A stretch of DNA of 64,000 nucleotides from Paraphysomonas bandaiensis (GCA_965644295.1 CBFFRP010000370.1:178881-242880), one strand, 5' to 3'; positions 13,767 through 28,644 are shown, counted from the first letter of the stretch. Notes: generated by a model not told the origin, from the letters alone. Translations and numbers: made by a program.

Positions 13767-16700
13767 TTACACTTCATTCCATTCCCGGAAGGATGATTCT
13801 AGCCACTCATCATGCGATGGAACTGCTGGGGAGGTCCCTCCTGGGCGAGAGACGACTGGGGTCGAAGAATTTGGTAGCTCGGACCGGGCCAGAAGATTCT
13901 GCGTTTGTGTGTCTAGTTGTAGGGCCAGTTGCTGCAGAGCACGACTCCCTGGGTCCGCTTTCATCATTTGTGAAACCATTGCACGCCTTTCTCTGAGCTC
14001 CTGTAGGACTGCCCCACAATACCCTCGCAGATACTCATCGCCCTCAGAGTCTCCCTCAGTCTCTTCCTGCTCATTTTTCAAATCACCATCGTCTTTAACT
14101 GTCTCCTTTTCCACTGTCATAGGAGAAGTGCGAGCTGAGTCCTTTTCTGTGGGATGTTGAGGGGCTGCGGAAGCTTTGGAATCAACAGTGAGGGGCCCCT
14201 CATATAGGCCTAGATCACGCAAAGCGCGAAGCTCTTGCAGTAAAACTTTTCGTTCCGCCTTCACGCGGGTGAGCTTTTCCCTGTTTTACAGTATTAGGTT
14301 AACAACAGCGATAGAAAATGTGTCAGAATCTTACTGGTAGTGTACTTGCATCATTCGACTCTCGGAGGCTTCCGCTTTCGCTGACTGTACGGCCTGCGCG
14401 CACTCGCGTTGTACTCGCCGGAACTCTCTCTCATCTATTCGTCTCTGTGCTCGTAAAAGAACCAATTGACTCTGTAGTTCATCCAGACGATGAGCATAGT
14501 CAGAAAGCGCTACACGGCATTCGTCTCGGTCAGCTAATGCTGCAGCAAGTTCCCCCTCTTTATCACTCGCCGTGCCATCACTATCTTCTACTCGGTCCTG
14601 CAGCTGCTCCAATAGGCGGGAGTTCTCAGCTTCAAGGTCGGCTATTCGTCCACACAAGTCTCGTCTCTCTGTTACCCACTCTTCCTTTTCTTTGACCGCC
14701 TCTGCTAGCACTGCTGCATCCCTCTCATACGAGGCACTGCGAATAATATAAGCACACTTTATCCTTCCACACTATGGCAATCACCTCACTCTAGCCAGCT
14801 CTTCTTGGACCGCCCCTCTGGCAGCACTCCACACTCCAGCTTCCTTTTTCATAGCTTCCACCTTTAGTGCCAGGCCGCGCTTTTCTGCTTCCAGTTCCCG
14901 GCAGCGCCCCTCCAATTCTTCCACCTCCGTAGCATGCTGTCGAGCTGCCTGTTCAGAAGAGTTCCGCAGCTTGTCGCAGGCTTCCTGCAGACGGGTAAGA
15001 TCAGAGGTGATTCTCGTTGTAAGAGCTTCAGCCTCTTCCCGAGCATTTAGCAGACCTTGTTGTTCTCTCTCTGCGGCCTCCAAGTGAGTACGCACAATCT
15101 GAAGCTCTGCCCGTGCTTGATCACGTTGTGCCTCAACCACTCCCACGTCGTCCTCTAGTGCATCCACCCGCTGCGCTAGGCCTAAAACGTCCTTCAGTCC
15201 TCCGCTCCCGCATACTTCACATCTAGAACTTATTTGTGCTTCGTTTGACGGAGGCGTCGCCTGAGTACTCCATCGTAAAGGTAGATAAGCTCCTAACGAA
15301 GAAGGATAAAGCCAACTTCCAGATGCTGGAGCACCCTTCCCACGATTAGCAGATTCACTGGTTTCCTCACCAATACGAGGTGCGGACGGATGTAAGGGAG
15401 GGTCCATTGCTGTCATAGATATGTCGCCTTCGGAGTCCCCGGAGGGGGGCTGTTGGTGTGGATAAAACCCTCCAACAACAGAGGCTACTTGCTTGGATAT
15501 AGTAATTGGGGTTTGTACCACCCCGCCAACTATTCCGCCAATAGCATTGTACCCTGCAAGTCCGGTCGTATGTCCAAGTGAGAGTAATGCGCCACCCTGC
15601 GGACAAATTACTCAAGTAAGCGGGAATATACTTCTGCAACAGTCCAGTCGTACCGCGTAAGGTCCTATGCCATAAACCGCCCCTAGTGCCCCTCCATATG
15701 AAGTCCATCCTGGATTATGCTGTGGTCGAGCCAACTGCCCGTCCTCTTTTTCTTCTGTCACTAGATGCTTCCCTTGGCCCAACACCACATCTCCCTCATC
15801 CTCTTCTAGACCTACATTTAGTTGCACATTAGCACGGATATCTTTCACAAGGACGGTCACCATACCTGCCGACTCTGACACAACGCGATGGTGATCTAGG
15901 CTACCCATGCTATCGAGGTACTCCCCAGTGGGAGTAGGAGAAACATTTGCAGTAGGTTCTTTCCAAGGTCCATCAACAGAAACTGACACACCCGCACACT
16001 CAAGCAGCCTCCGATAGAGCTGAACAAGATGAGACAGCAAGATTGTGGAATGAAAGACTCACCGTGGAGCGTGGCCTAGATTGAGCTTCCTGCAAGTCAT
16101 CCGCCGCCTTCAGTGCCGCTTGCATAGTTCCTTCTCCAACGCACTGAGCGCAATATTCGATGTGCTTGCCGGTAAAGGCGGAGAAGCTGTTGTCCCACAC
16201 CATCCGATACACCCCGGACCGGTCAGCGGTGAAGCTTCCAGATAATGGCGGCCCTTTTACCTTCTTCGGTGACGTCACTAACTGCACAGTCTTGAACTCT
16301 GGCGTGCGCACAAGTTCTTCGGCACTCTTAAGACCTCGTTCCATCAGGCCATCGAAAAGGCGCGCGGATACATCATCCATTATCTTAACACTTGTGCCAT
16401 CTGCAGGTTTCACTTCCACTGGAGACGTGCTAGCAGAGTTCCCGCTAGCAGAATCGTCAGATGTCCTCCGTTTAAATTTGCAGAATAAACTCTCGCGGAA
16501 CAGGGCACAAAAGTCCACATCACATCCACAGCCAACTGAAAACCTCCAGACAAGTGTACATCCTTTGTCTATTTTAAAGTCAATAAAAAACTGTTTGCAC
16601 CTGCCATTAACACGTCAGGAAAAGTAAGACAGAAAAAATCTACCTTGGAATATACACAGTCTGGCTTTCGAATGGCTGCAAAATAAAATCCACTGCACTG

Positions 16701-17938
16701 AGAGTGCTGCTTTCATTCTGTGCGCTATCTGCTCCTCCAACGGATTCCCACATAAAGTCTTCCATGGATCTGCTGCGCACTATTTCCCCTTCCTTAAGAC
16801 AAAACTTCAGTAGATCCTCCACCTGCTCAGCCGAAGGGACTCCACAGTCATCTCCAACACGATCTATGTCGCATATAATAGCATGACATACTGAACAATA
16901 TCATAAATAAACCATAAAAACAATATCACATATAAAATTCTAAGATAAACGCAACTAACTAACTAACAGGGCTCGCATTCATCACCATATACTATAACAC
17001 TACTACCACTCTTTTCTAACAATCATATGCATAACACTAATATGACCCGTATATATCACTATATACTACAACACATTGTAATATATATATTAATGTATAG
17101 TATAGCACTAATAGGACCCATGCATATACATCATAACACTAATACTAATATATATTTAGCATTGTGTAGTATAGCACTAATAGGAACCGTACATATATAC
17201 ACCAATAGTAACACTAATATAAATAGCACTGTACAGTATAGCACTAATAGGACTCTTACATATGCACATACCATAACGCGAACACATCTAATATACGTAT
17301 ATACACATCGCTGTGTAGTATAGCACTAATATGACTCATACATATACATATAGTTATACACCGTTAAGACTAACAGTTATACATATATATACCACTGATC
17401 AGTACAGCACCAACAGGACCCATACATACGCCATAACACTACTATATACATATCACTGTGCAGTATAGCACCAATAGGACGCATACATACACCATAACAC
17501 TAACATACATATCACTGTGCAGTAAAGCACCAAGAGGACACATACATACACCATGACACTACTATATATATATCACTGTGCATAACAACAACAGGACCCA
17601 TACATATACCATAGCACTAACATACATATATACATCACTGTGCAGTATCGTACTAGTAGGACCCATACATACACCATAGCACTAACAGCAGCATATACAT
17701 GTATGTGTGTACTCGTGTTGATAGGGTGGTCACCTGTGTCTGGTGCTGGTCCTGTCTGCAGTGTCTGTGAGCATCTGTTGATTATATCCGCAGTGTTCGA
17801 TAGAGTGTCTGGTAGCTTGATAGTGAGGGATGACAAGAGCACCTCAATAGCCTCCAGAGACCTCCGTATCTGCACGCTATCGTCACTGCTGCTGCTGTTA
17901 TCAGTAAACGCTAAGTCGATATTGTATACGTGAGACAT
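13767..17938 (-). CDS. GOLD-domain protein with long C-terminal coiled coil (multi-exon)
   Basis: GSFTADRSGVYRMVWDNSFSAFTGKHIEY is the GOLD signature; E/Q/L/A-rich heptad exons at 13767-15200. 5' exons uncertain. Confidence 0.7.
17080..17700. repeat. Degenerate ~58-62 bp intronic minisatellite
   Basis: Repeated CAGTATAGCAC(C/T)AATAGGAC..CATACATACACCAT..CACTA..ATATCACTGTG units. Confidence 0.75.
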
Positions 17939-18445
17939 AAGAGGCGGTGCTGTTACTGTACGGGGTTAAGTGCTGCTGTGTGTGTGTGTGTGTGCTCTGC
18001 TCTGCTCTGGTGTGTTAATAGAGAGCTGAACATGCAGATATCAGTGTCATATACACATATGTATGTATGTATGTATGTACTGCTGTATGTATGATAACAC
18101 AAGCATACAGCAGTATATACAGTACATATACGTACACTGCGGCAATGTACTGCTGTGTGAATGTTCTTCAGAGCAGAGGTGTGTGTAGGTGCATGTAGGA
18201 ACTATCTCGTATCTTTCTGCGTCTACCAGAGAATACAGTGCGGTATAGAGATATACAGTAGGTGGGATAGAAATATACTGCTCTATATATACATGTATAG
18301 CGGTACATGTGCAGGTCTGCAGGTACAGTAGCAGGCCTGTACATGTGTATATATAGCCACTCGTAAAGGTCAGCATACCACACATAGCTATGCATACATA
18401 CATAAGGTGCTCATAGCTGTACCTCTTAACACACACACCTCACAA

Positions 18446-19126
18446 ATGGATTTCATAGCCGATGAAGATGACACTGGAAGTGTTTTAGTGAGTGACGATA
18501 TAGTCGACCTTAACAACGCATGGCGCAGTGAGGTTCACAGTCCCGACATCCTCCCGTACAGGCACCACCTCATACGAGACATATCCGACCGACTGCACAC
18601 ACAGCAACGCAATATATCAGATCGCATCAACTCACCTGAAGAGATATTCACAGCCTCTCTCTATCAGATGGATATCGACCGTGTAAGATACGCTCTCGCC
18701 CGTTACTTGAGGGCTCGTATACTTAAGATAGAGAGAATGTCAGATGATGTGATAAGAGGAGAGGTCCTCGACAGACTGTCCATACAAGAGAAGACATTCG
18801 TCAGTAAACTAAATAACTTAAACAATGCTTATTTAGAGGAGAGTTTCTTTGGAAGGCTTCAAGAGGGAGCGAAAGAGAAAGCGGAGAGCGCTCCGGACAG
18901 GAGAAAACATGCACAGCCAGCGCTTCAGGTGTGTATTGGATGAATAGTATGAATGAGATCTAATATATCTGCACAGGATTTTGTGTTTTGTCGAACTCTC
19001 GCTGATATTGAGGTGCCGAATGAGTATGGTGACCCTCCTGCACGATATGCCCGAGGAGACATGTTTATCGCTAAATACGATGACATTAAAGAATTTGTTG
19101 TGCGAGATGAAATAATCTTAATATAG
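18446..19126 (+). CDS. SLD5: GINS complex subunit Sld5 (GINS4)
   Basis: LNNAWRSEVHSPDILPY, YQMDIDRVRYALARYLRARILKIE, LSIQEK; second exon FVFCR...GDMFIAKYDDIKEFV; intron ~18929-18976. Confidence 0.92.
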
Positions 19127-19916
19127 TGTTGTCATATGCTTTATGTTGTGGAGATTTATTTTATAAGTTCCTTGTTTTGAGGTGACTGTACTCGTAATAA
19201 TGAGGAATTTGGATGTCTAATGTAGTGATAGCATTCTCTATTCTTTATCGCCGGAGTACGATTTTGACATCCACTAGTCCACTAGCTTTGTATTTTGTAT
19301 CATGATTTAAAGATTGTGAAATCAGGCTTCGAAATAAACATACTCAAAACGATACAGGCTTGGGTAACAATGAATTGGTGAGAGCTATCCAACAAACATC
19401 TCAGAATTTATTAGGATTCAGCTTAATACATGATAGTATCTGTGAGTTATAATGTTCAATGAAATATATCATGAACTGAATTAGAGAGAGTATCTGTTGA
19501 AGATACATGATCGTCATCATAACGTCGTCATTATCAGTTACACTTCTAACTATTCCGTTGTGCATAATAGTTATGTTTTATATTGTTATTCATAATTCTC
19601 ACTCCATCGTGTTCATTACTTACTTTACACCCTAATAATCACAACAATGTTTTACTATTACTAAGATCAATTCTTTATTAAATTAACATTGCAGCGTGGT
19701 TCAGTTCCTCCATACTCCATCATACCACTCTGAATCTTGATTACTGTGTTCTTGAAATCTGAGTTTTAAACAATTTCCGCGTCTGCACCCAGGTGGAATT
19801 TTATCCCATGGTACTGAATAATTAAATAATCTAATTAAGTTAGATATCAACTTTTTTCACAACATATTACAATTATTGTATAGAGCTGTCAATACAAAGC
19901 ACTTAGCTAATAGATA

Positions 19917-20222
19917 TTCCCTCAGCAAAGTCGGACTCGCATATTTTTCGTGGTGTTCTGGGGAAAAAGTACCGGAAATATTTCTCCGGGAAACTAACGT
20001 GAGCCGCATAATATATATATAGTCAGCAAATATTGTTCTACGTTCTACATACTACCTACTCATAGCCACATGCTTGTGTGTCTCTTATGAAGACATCTTA
20101 AAGCCCTGACAAATAAACAGGCGCTCGGGACAGGTCCCACCTCAAGCCTCAAGGGCATCCCGGGTACTGGGATGCCTGCTGAAGTCAACAGATGCCAGGT
20201 ATATATCAACATTCTGCTCGCT
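19917..20222 (+). repeat. Copy of dispersed repeat family (upstream module)
   Basis: Matches the reverse complement of 29672-29925 and direct 30075-30350. Confidence 0.8.
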
Positions 20223-20480
20223 AATAATAAGATATTCACTAGAATTACATTATTATATCTAACTCTAAATTCTTCGCAACAGTACTTCAATAAAATAAAT
20301 CAAAATTATATTTTACGGACTCAGACGCTCCGTCGTGGTAACCGAAATTATAAATGTCGGGTATGAATATATAAACTGTATACAAAAAATCGAAGGCATA
20401 CTCAACCTATATCTATTATATAAAGCCACTAAGAATTGAAACCATAAATTCGACAACACAACGGAAGTTGCTTATTTCAT

Positions 20481-23400
20481 TTAAATCCCAACGCCTTCAG
20501 ATGAGCCGGTTCTGCACTCCGCAGCCGAACCTCTATTGCTGGCAGAAACATGGTTGGAGAAGGCCACACTAAGTCTCCGCAGATCCAAGTCGTGGCGCTG
20601 CAACGCGGTAGAGAGACTTCTCTCTATCCCTATACATCGCTGAAGAAAGCCCACCTTATTTTCGACCATTTCATGCGGTAATTGTACATCGTGGAGAAAG
20701 GATTCCATACTTTTCACTACAGATTTTAGAGACTCTTCCAGTGAAGTCATACGTTTCATGAATACGGCATTAATTATTTTCTTGGATGCTCTTTTCTCCT
20801 TCTTCTGCTGCTTTTCTAAGTATGATTGGTGGACCTCCCAAAACGTGCTCGCAGCCACTGTAAGAGGCATGGCAAGGTAAAATGCACCAAAAAGCATTAG
20901 AAATATACTCATAATCTGTCCAATATTTGTAACTGGGACAATTTCACCGTACCCCACAGAAGTCAGTGTAACAATCGAAAACCATAATGCATCCAAGACG
21001 TTCGAGAACTTGGATTCCTCTCCCAGCTTGTTGACGGATATGCGTCGTCCATCCTTCAGCGTGCCCGCGATATCGTCAGGCACATCACAGTTGCTATCAC
21101 CAACGTAGCAAGCAGTCCCCTTCTCGACCTCATATAGAAGAAGCGCGAATACAGTGACTATAAAAAATAGCAGCATCAATATGCCTACGATCTGCCGCCA
21201 AGCTTTGTTCGCAGTGGTCACTAGCACCTGGGAGGCACTAAAATGCCTCGTAATCTTAAATAATCGAAACACCTGCGAAAATATAAGTAACCTCAAATTG
21301 AAATGCCAAAATATTGCAAACATCAACATACAATAAAGAAATGGACACTACTCACCTTGATTGACTTGAGCATAACCAAAAGAATGGGCTCAGGTGACGA
21401 GGCCAGGATAGCGAAGTCGAGGCTGAAATTGGGCTCCCTCAACGCAGTGATGATGTCAACGTAAAATGGGGCGACTGACAGCATATCAAACACATTCAGT
21501 ATGTCCATGAAAAACCCATACAAGGAGTTAGACACAAATATTCGCAAGAATATCTCCACAGTGAAGCAGAAATTGACAAATATCTCTAGAGGAACCCATC
21601 CATGATTGCCGTCCACAATCTGGACAGCGTCATATTTACACTCTATGCGCGTACACACCGCCTGAATTTGGTGCATTTTGTCGCGGGATACGATGAAGTC
21701 AGGGGCCCTAAAGTTAGAAGAGAGCTGGTCGCTGGTCTCAAAGGGAAGGTTATCTTCGTCAGCGCAGGTGACATTGGTATATCTTGCTCCGAAGTTAATA
21801 CCATGTCCAAAGCAATCCAAATCATTGCAGTTGTACCGCAGCCTCTGATTTGTGACGCCAGTGGAGTTGTGCACGAAACAACCGGCATCCAGAGAAGGGT
21901 CGTCTTTGTCCATGCAGTAGACGCCCAAAACTTTTCCACAGAGATACGAATCCTCCCCATAATGTGAAAAAGTGGGCAGCGTCTGTGTGTATAGCATAAA
22001 TACTGATAAAAGGATCAAAAATATGAAAAAATACTGCAGCATGCGCGCCCCTTTGGAGGAGTGGGGAAATTCCATTAACATCCATATCCTTGTTCGCAAG
22101 GACTTAGGGTTCTGCACAGCTCGCTCCATGTTCTTCGCGAAGTCTTCGCTGCTCCTCCACTTGTTAGCAATGTCTGGGGCGGATTTTGCCATCTTGACTA
22201 GGAATGATATAGAGTCTTTATTCTTAGATCCCAGGAATTTTCGTGTGATCGCGATACTCCATTCAGAGCTGGAGAGCCTGTTAAGCCCCCGTAGGGCTCT
22301 TGATACCTCCCTTGACCCACGACGAGCCTCCCTAGAACGAGGATTGCTAACTGCTACCTCACGACGTTTATGATCCAGCTTGTGTTTCGAGTCCGATGTA
22401 GGCTTCATTTCCACCCCTTCCCCTTCTTCGCCAACTACCGCCAATAAACCAGTACCAGATGTCCGGACAGGTCTCCGCCCAAATTCACTCTTGTGACTGT
22501 CTCCTTCCTCGTTACCATCACAATGGCATGTCGTCGTTGCAGTGTTTGCACTTCCTACGACGCCATTTCGACTGAAGGACATACTCTCTTCTTCGTCAGA
22601 AACAGGTGTCACAGTACGAATTACTTTAGACTTAGAAGGAGATTTATGCGAGAAAGGCCAACGCATCGAATGATTCTGAGAGGATGGGGAAGATTCAGGG
22701 GTACTGAACTCGTCTTCTTCCCCTTCAACGAGATCCGGTACTTGCTGTTGCAGTTCCGCACCAGAAACGAATGAAGATAAGATTTCTTCTGATCCCATAT
22801 CATCCTTCTCATCCACTTGACACCCCTCCAATTCATTATCATACTGCTCATCCAAGGGGACTAGTGTACACTCCCTTTCAGCATTGGGTTTAATGGTGCT
22901 CTTACGGAAAACACTAATTTTCCGTTGCTCCTTAGTCACTTCACCTTCCGTTAACGTCTCTACCGCGGTTCTAATATTGTACAACAGGGGTGCAATCCAT
23001 CCCCTCAGTTCGCATATGGCCAGGAGTATGGCAGGCGTCATCTTAGTTGCCGACGCTGTCAAGACATTGAGTTCTCGCAAAGCCTTCTCCACATTTCGCC
23101 GGCACTCTAATAAGGGAGACATTACTGCGTGCGCCATCAAGTCCGCCACTTCCGGGGAAATTCTGATATCTGCTTTGCTATCAATCTTCCCCGGCGACAC
23201 AACACCATCTCTTCCTGATGTTGATGAAGCTGAGGTCTGTCCCTGATGTAGACTCTGTCCCTCCGCTACTCGTACCCCTTCAGCGGCCTTCTCAATTACA
23301 AGCGAACATTCTTCGTCAGCCAGACCCTCCCAAGCACTGCTGTACTCATTGCCGATAATAGCTAGTGGCATTGACAAGAAGAGGGACCCGAAGAGCATTA

Positions 23401-25354
23401 CAACCACAGATACTACCCTGGCGGGAAGGAATGATGGCACTTGGTTTCCATAGCCAGCTACGCACACCACAGTTAGAAATCATTCACTTTCTTATATAGG
23501 CAAATTCCCACAGATATACACACGATCACACAGTACACATGTACAGAACTGTATCAACTTACTTGTGGTCATGGTTACGACGGAAAAGAAACACGCATCG
23601 AAGAGATTCTCCCAGGCACATGTCTCAAAGTTATAACAGGGCTCCATAAAGTATAGAACTACCCCAAAAAATATATTGAAAAGAAGAAAAAAGAAGAGGG
23701 GTAGTACCAAGTGCACCATGGAGCGGCTCAGAGCGATTCGGATAGCGCGCACTGGGGGAATATCTTTCGAGGCACGAAGAATTTTCCCAGAAGACAAAAG
23801 GTCAAGGCATCTTAAAAGTAATCGCGGGAACTGACTAAGATGTTTATCTGCAGGATAAAGATACACAATTCGGACTACAAATGGCACGACACAGCAGACA
23901 TCGAAAACAAACAATACGCATTGAAAGATATCATTCATAAACTTCTCGGCTACATCTTTATTCTTCAGGAAGATGCCTGTAGCCACAGCAATACGACAGA
24001 AAGCGTCAAAGCACATCGGTACCCAACATATGACCTGAATAGTGATGTATGTCTAGCGGAAAGAGAGCACATCAGTTAGAGTATAAGAGAGCAAATGGGA
24101 GAAAACATATGAGTGAGAGCATATAAACTATCAAATGTGATATACGAGTAAAAGAGGTCAGAGAGTATGAGAGAATAAGAGGTCAAGTAATAGAGCATAA
24201 CAGATCTCATACAAGGTGTACCTGAAAATGTATATGAGTGTGTATATGAGTGTGTGTTTATATGTGAGTGTATATATATAACTGGGTTTATATATAACAG
24301 TATATATATAAGAGTGTGTAAAAATATATGAGAGCATATATTTGAGTGTATATATGTATGACTGTGTTTATATTCGTATATATATATGAGTGTATATATA
24401 TATGAATGTGTATATGTGAGTGAGTGTATATATGTATGAGTGTGTTTATATTAGTATATGTATAGGAGTGTATATATATGAGTGTGTATATGTGAGTGTA
24501 TATATAAGAGTGTGTATATGTGAGTGTGTGTATATGAGTGTATATATGTATGAGTGTGTTTATATTCGTATATATATATGAGTGTATATATGAGTATGTG
24601 TATAATAGTGTGTATACATGAGTGTGTTTATGTGAGTGAGTGTGTATATGTGAGTGAGTGTGTATATGTGAGTGTGTGTATATGAGTGTATATATATGAG
24701 AGTCAATATATGAGTGTATATATATGAGAGTCAATATATGAGTGTATATATATGAGAGTCAATATATGAGTGTATATATGAGTATGTGTATAAGAGTGTG
24801 TATACATGAGTGTGTATATATGAGTCTGTGTTAGTATATGACTATGAGTGTGTGTTTGTGTGTGGGACTCACCTGTTCATTGGGCATATGCGGATAAGTA
24901 GACATGTCCTTCCGCCCCTCGTAGTGGTTACGTCCATCAACAGTCTCCATCGCAAGACACACAGCATTGAGTATAACACACATGCTCATGATGAAGCTCC
25001 ATCTTGAGGCCCATGCAGACGACCTCGGCTCTGTTAACAACAGCACCAAATCATACAACTCCACCATACGGAACCCCCGCCGAGAGAGAGAGAGAGAGAT
25101 AGGGCACCGCAGGCTGTGTGTTTGTTGTGGATACTCTGGAGGCAGGTCTATATGTGTGCTGTGACAGTGTGGAGAGGTGTGCTGGGATGTTATGCATGGG
25201 AAGAACGGCAGGGACTACAGGACCAGTATACACGTCATGTATGTAGAATTCTTATACGCAGTAGTGCCATCTATACTGCTCTGTACACTGTACTACAGAA
25301 TGTAGTCTGGAACCTGAACTACGATCGTACGACTACTGTATTTGCATCACCCAT
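20481..25354 (-). CDS. Voltage-gated K+ channel-like protein with two tandem 6TM modules
   Basis: Two pore loops, FFSVVTMTTTGYGNQVP (spliced across 23459-23562) and WFSIVTLTSVGYGEIVP; two pre-S1 EPxSS/FPHSS motifs; two S6 segments (LSMPL, LAMPL). Start uncertain. Confidence 0.88.
24230..24860. repeat. TG/TA/GA low-complexity tract inside a Kv-channel intron
   Basis: Degenerate TATATGAGTG repeats. Confidence 0.85.
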
Positions 25355-25375
25355 GATTGGACTGAAGAAGTATAC

Positions 25376-25512
25376 ATGTATGTATGTATGTATGTATGTA
25401 TGTATGTATGTATGTATGTATGTATGTATGTATGTATGTATGTATGTATGTATGTATGTATGTATGTATGTATGTGTGTATGTGTGTGTGTACGTGTGTG
25501 TACGTGTGTATG
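25376..25512. repeat. (ATGT)n microsatellite between divergent genes
   Basis: About 24 perfect ATGT units followed by a TG-rich tail. Confidence 0.95.
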
Positions 25513-25638
25513 TAGTATGAACAGGTTGCTTGCAGCAACTGCCACTGGGCGCTTGTCGTCTAATTGCACATAACACAACACAGCATAACACCCACTGATC
25601 CCATCTAATCGCCATCTAATCGCCATCTCATACTGGTC

Positions 25639-27227
25639 ATGGATAGAGAGAGGAAGGCTATGTTTGAGTTTATTCCGGTGAGTGCTCATGTCTATGTGTA
25701 TGTGTATGTGTATACGTGTGTGTGTTGATATGGTCTGCAGGGGCGGCTCTATTATGCTCCGCTGTCCTCCCGCCCTCTCCGGTCATCCGATAAGCACTAC
25801 TTCTCTATCGACAATGAGCTGGTAGAGTCCCATCTGTGTGTGTGTGGCTCATGCGTGTGTGTCTGCAGGTATACTGGAACTTTTTTTTGGATTTTGGTCC
25901 GTTGAATTTGGGACACTTGTATCGTTTTTGTGTGATGCTGAACAGCAAACTCTCTGATGCAAAGCTACAGGACAAGGTCATTGTGTATTACTCCGGCACA
26001 CATGCTCACAGGAGGGCCAATGCAGCCTTTCTGATAGCAGGATGGGCGATACTATTCATGAACAAGACTCCAGAGGAAGCGTATGCCCCTTTTCGTGGAA
26101 TGTATCCACCTTTTCCTCCGTGGCATGATGCCACACCTACGGCCTGTTACTTTAACCTGACTGTACTAGACACATTGCGGGGTCTCGCGCAGGCACACCG
26201 TCTAAAGTACTTTGACCTTGATAACTTCGACTTAGCGGAGTACGAACACTTTGAGCAAGTAGAGAATGGAGACCTCAATTGGTGCATGAACAATAAGTTC
26301 ATTGCGTTCGCAGGCCCTCACGCATCGAAGGAAGCGATGGAAGGATATTTTGCACTTGCTCCAGAGGATTACATCCCATATTTCAAGAAGAAGAATGTTA
26401 CTTTAGTGGTGCGCTTCAACAAGAAGTACTATGACGCACGCAGATTCACACGAGCAGGTAAGGCTACTGTCAACTGTGGATATGTAACTTTTCTCATGAC
26501 ATGGGGGGATAGGCATCGATCATGCGGAGCTGTACTTCTTGGACGGAACGAACCCTCCCGATCACATCTTGAATCGGTTTTTGCAGCTCTGCGAGGACAC
26601 TCCAGGTGCATAGCCTATCTTGCCCGTTAACTTCCGTTATGTACAACTGGATAGTATTACTGACATTCGCTGTGTTTGGCAGGTGCGGTTGCTGTACACT
26701 GTAAGGCAGGTCTGGGCAGAACTGGGACATGTATAGGGTGCTATATGATGAAGCATCATAGACTTACAGCAGAGGAAGCCATAGGCTGGCTGCGTATCGT
26801 GCGTCCTGGGTCAGTTATCGGGCCGCAGCAGCAGTATATGAAGGACATGCAGGCCCGCATGTGGCGGGAAGGGGACTTGATGCGGCAGAAACAGCAGGGG
26901 GGTGGAGAAGTAGATGATGTAAGGGATGCGATGGCGGGGCTTAGTGTCAGTGGATCACGACGACCTGCCAAACAATCTCCTGCATCCCTCGGTGGCGTGC
27001 CTTCATCTAGCGAGAAGCCACAGCTCAACCGCCGGGGTGGTGATTCCTCCGCTTCAGTTTCCACGGAGGAAAATGGCGAGGCGACTCAGGGGGACTTCCT
27101 CAGACAGCGACGTATGAAAGCTCATCACCAGCCAACAGCCGAGAGCAAGACTTCCTCGTCTCGCTCCTCAAAGCCCTCCAGTAAGTCGACAACCCGCACC
27201 CGTGTCGGCAGGATGCTAGGGAAGTAG
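25639..27227 (+). CDS. CDC14: Cdc14 dual-specificity phosphatase (multi-exon)
   Basis: [46 protein letters not shown], catalytic [22 protein letters not shown]. Confidence 0.96.
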
Positions 27228-27644
27228 GGGAGCGTAGATTAGTAGTCGAATCACACAGTCAAGCATCTCATTTATGGACTAAGACGGCACGTAGTGTGTG
27301 AAGCAGCACGCTCTGCTCGCTGAGAGGATAGAAAATGTATGTGTCATATTGTGCTGAATGTATACCTTAGTGTGAAGCTACTTTACGTTGATGTGGGGCA
27401 TAAAGTGTATTTTCGTGCTAAGATAAGCTTATCGTAGTGCAGTAGTTTGCAAACAGGGATGTGTGTTAGCATTACTGCGTAGTACATTCAACTGATATGT
27501 GTTTGTGTAAATGATATCATAATTTATTTATTTGATTACAATCTTATAAATCTTTGATTAGTACACTAACAAGCCGATAAGTGATAAATTCTATCTAGTT
27601 CAGTGTGTTGAGTGTTGCTGCTTGTGAGCATTTGAAAGCTATAT

Positions 27645-28168
27645 CCCAAGGTGCCCCATTCCGAGGGCGTGGCCATATATTATGTATTAGTAAAGGCTCG
27701 CTAGTACACAACCTCTATAGTACCGATATTTTGCACTGATTCTACGATTCTACCACCCATCTACCGTGTACCAACGTAGTTGACCGCATAGATCACGCGC
27801 AGATTCTATTTCCGCCCACCCCTATTCACCTGGGCTAAGATTACGCGGGATTCTCAGATTTTAGTAGGACCATGTTTACCTTCCTATCATTACCTAACAA
27901 AGAGTACGCGGAGCTTCTCGTGACGATGCATAACTCAGTATAGGCCTAACGTGACATTGGGCACTCCCCCCTCTCCCTTAGAATGCGCCGGGTTTTTTGT
28001 AAAATCTCGTATAGGCTATATTATTATGCAAGTATAGTGTAGACATAGCTACAGCTTGCTTGTGGTGAGAATAATACGCTGAAATTTTTATTAACAATTT
28101 ATCCGTTACTTAGCTTTTAATCAACACTAGCACTTTAGTGGGGTACGCCGTCGGAATGGGACATAAGG
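27645..28168. mobile_element. Possible MITE with imperfect ~25-bp TIRs
   Basis: CCCATTCCGAGGGCGT (~27655) vs ACGCCGTCGGAATGGG (~28145); TA-rich flanks; no ORF. Confidence 0.45.
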
Positions 28169-28192
28169 TATTTATATTATCACCGTTACTTG

Positions 28193-28533
28193 ATATGCAA
28201 ACGTGGGAAATTTTCAAAAATTAGGGAAAACCTAATAGATTTTACTAGACTTTTAAGAATTGTTGTAGAATGGTTCTGAAAGGGCTTGAATGCAATATAG
28301 TATGTATAGTGTTAATAATTATTTTTATTAATATCTAGATCCTATAGGACACACCAACAGCACGTTTCCTTTTACCAGTAACTACGTTGTCTGCCCTAAT
28401 ACTACTACTAATAGCCATCAAAAACGCCAATACACGTCGCGTCACACAAACCCTATTAGAGTATTCACTTCGTTCAATATAACCATCACTCACGTCAAAA
28501 ACGTGGGAATTTTTTTTTCCCACGTTTGCATAT
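28193..28533. mobile_element. Possible MITE with 18-bp perfect inverted ends
   Basis: ATATGCAAACGTGGGAAA ... TTTCCCACGTTTGCATAT; no TSD found. Confidence 0.5.
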
Positions 28534-28644
28534 TGTTTACGTAATGCAGTAGTGTGGTTAACGGTTCATGAGAACTAATGCCATGGTAGTAATAATTGTA
28601 GTTGTGAAACTGAAATATATGGACCGTATAAGAACATTAGTGGC

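Noticed and set aside
24288-25689. His/Tyr/Ile/Thr- or MYVC-repeat ORFs (also at 7758-8261, 18047-18436, 59147-61465)
   Set aside because: Translations of microsatellite or satellite DNA.
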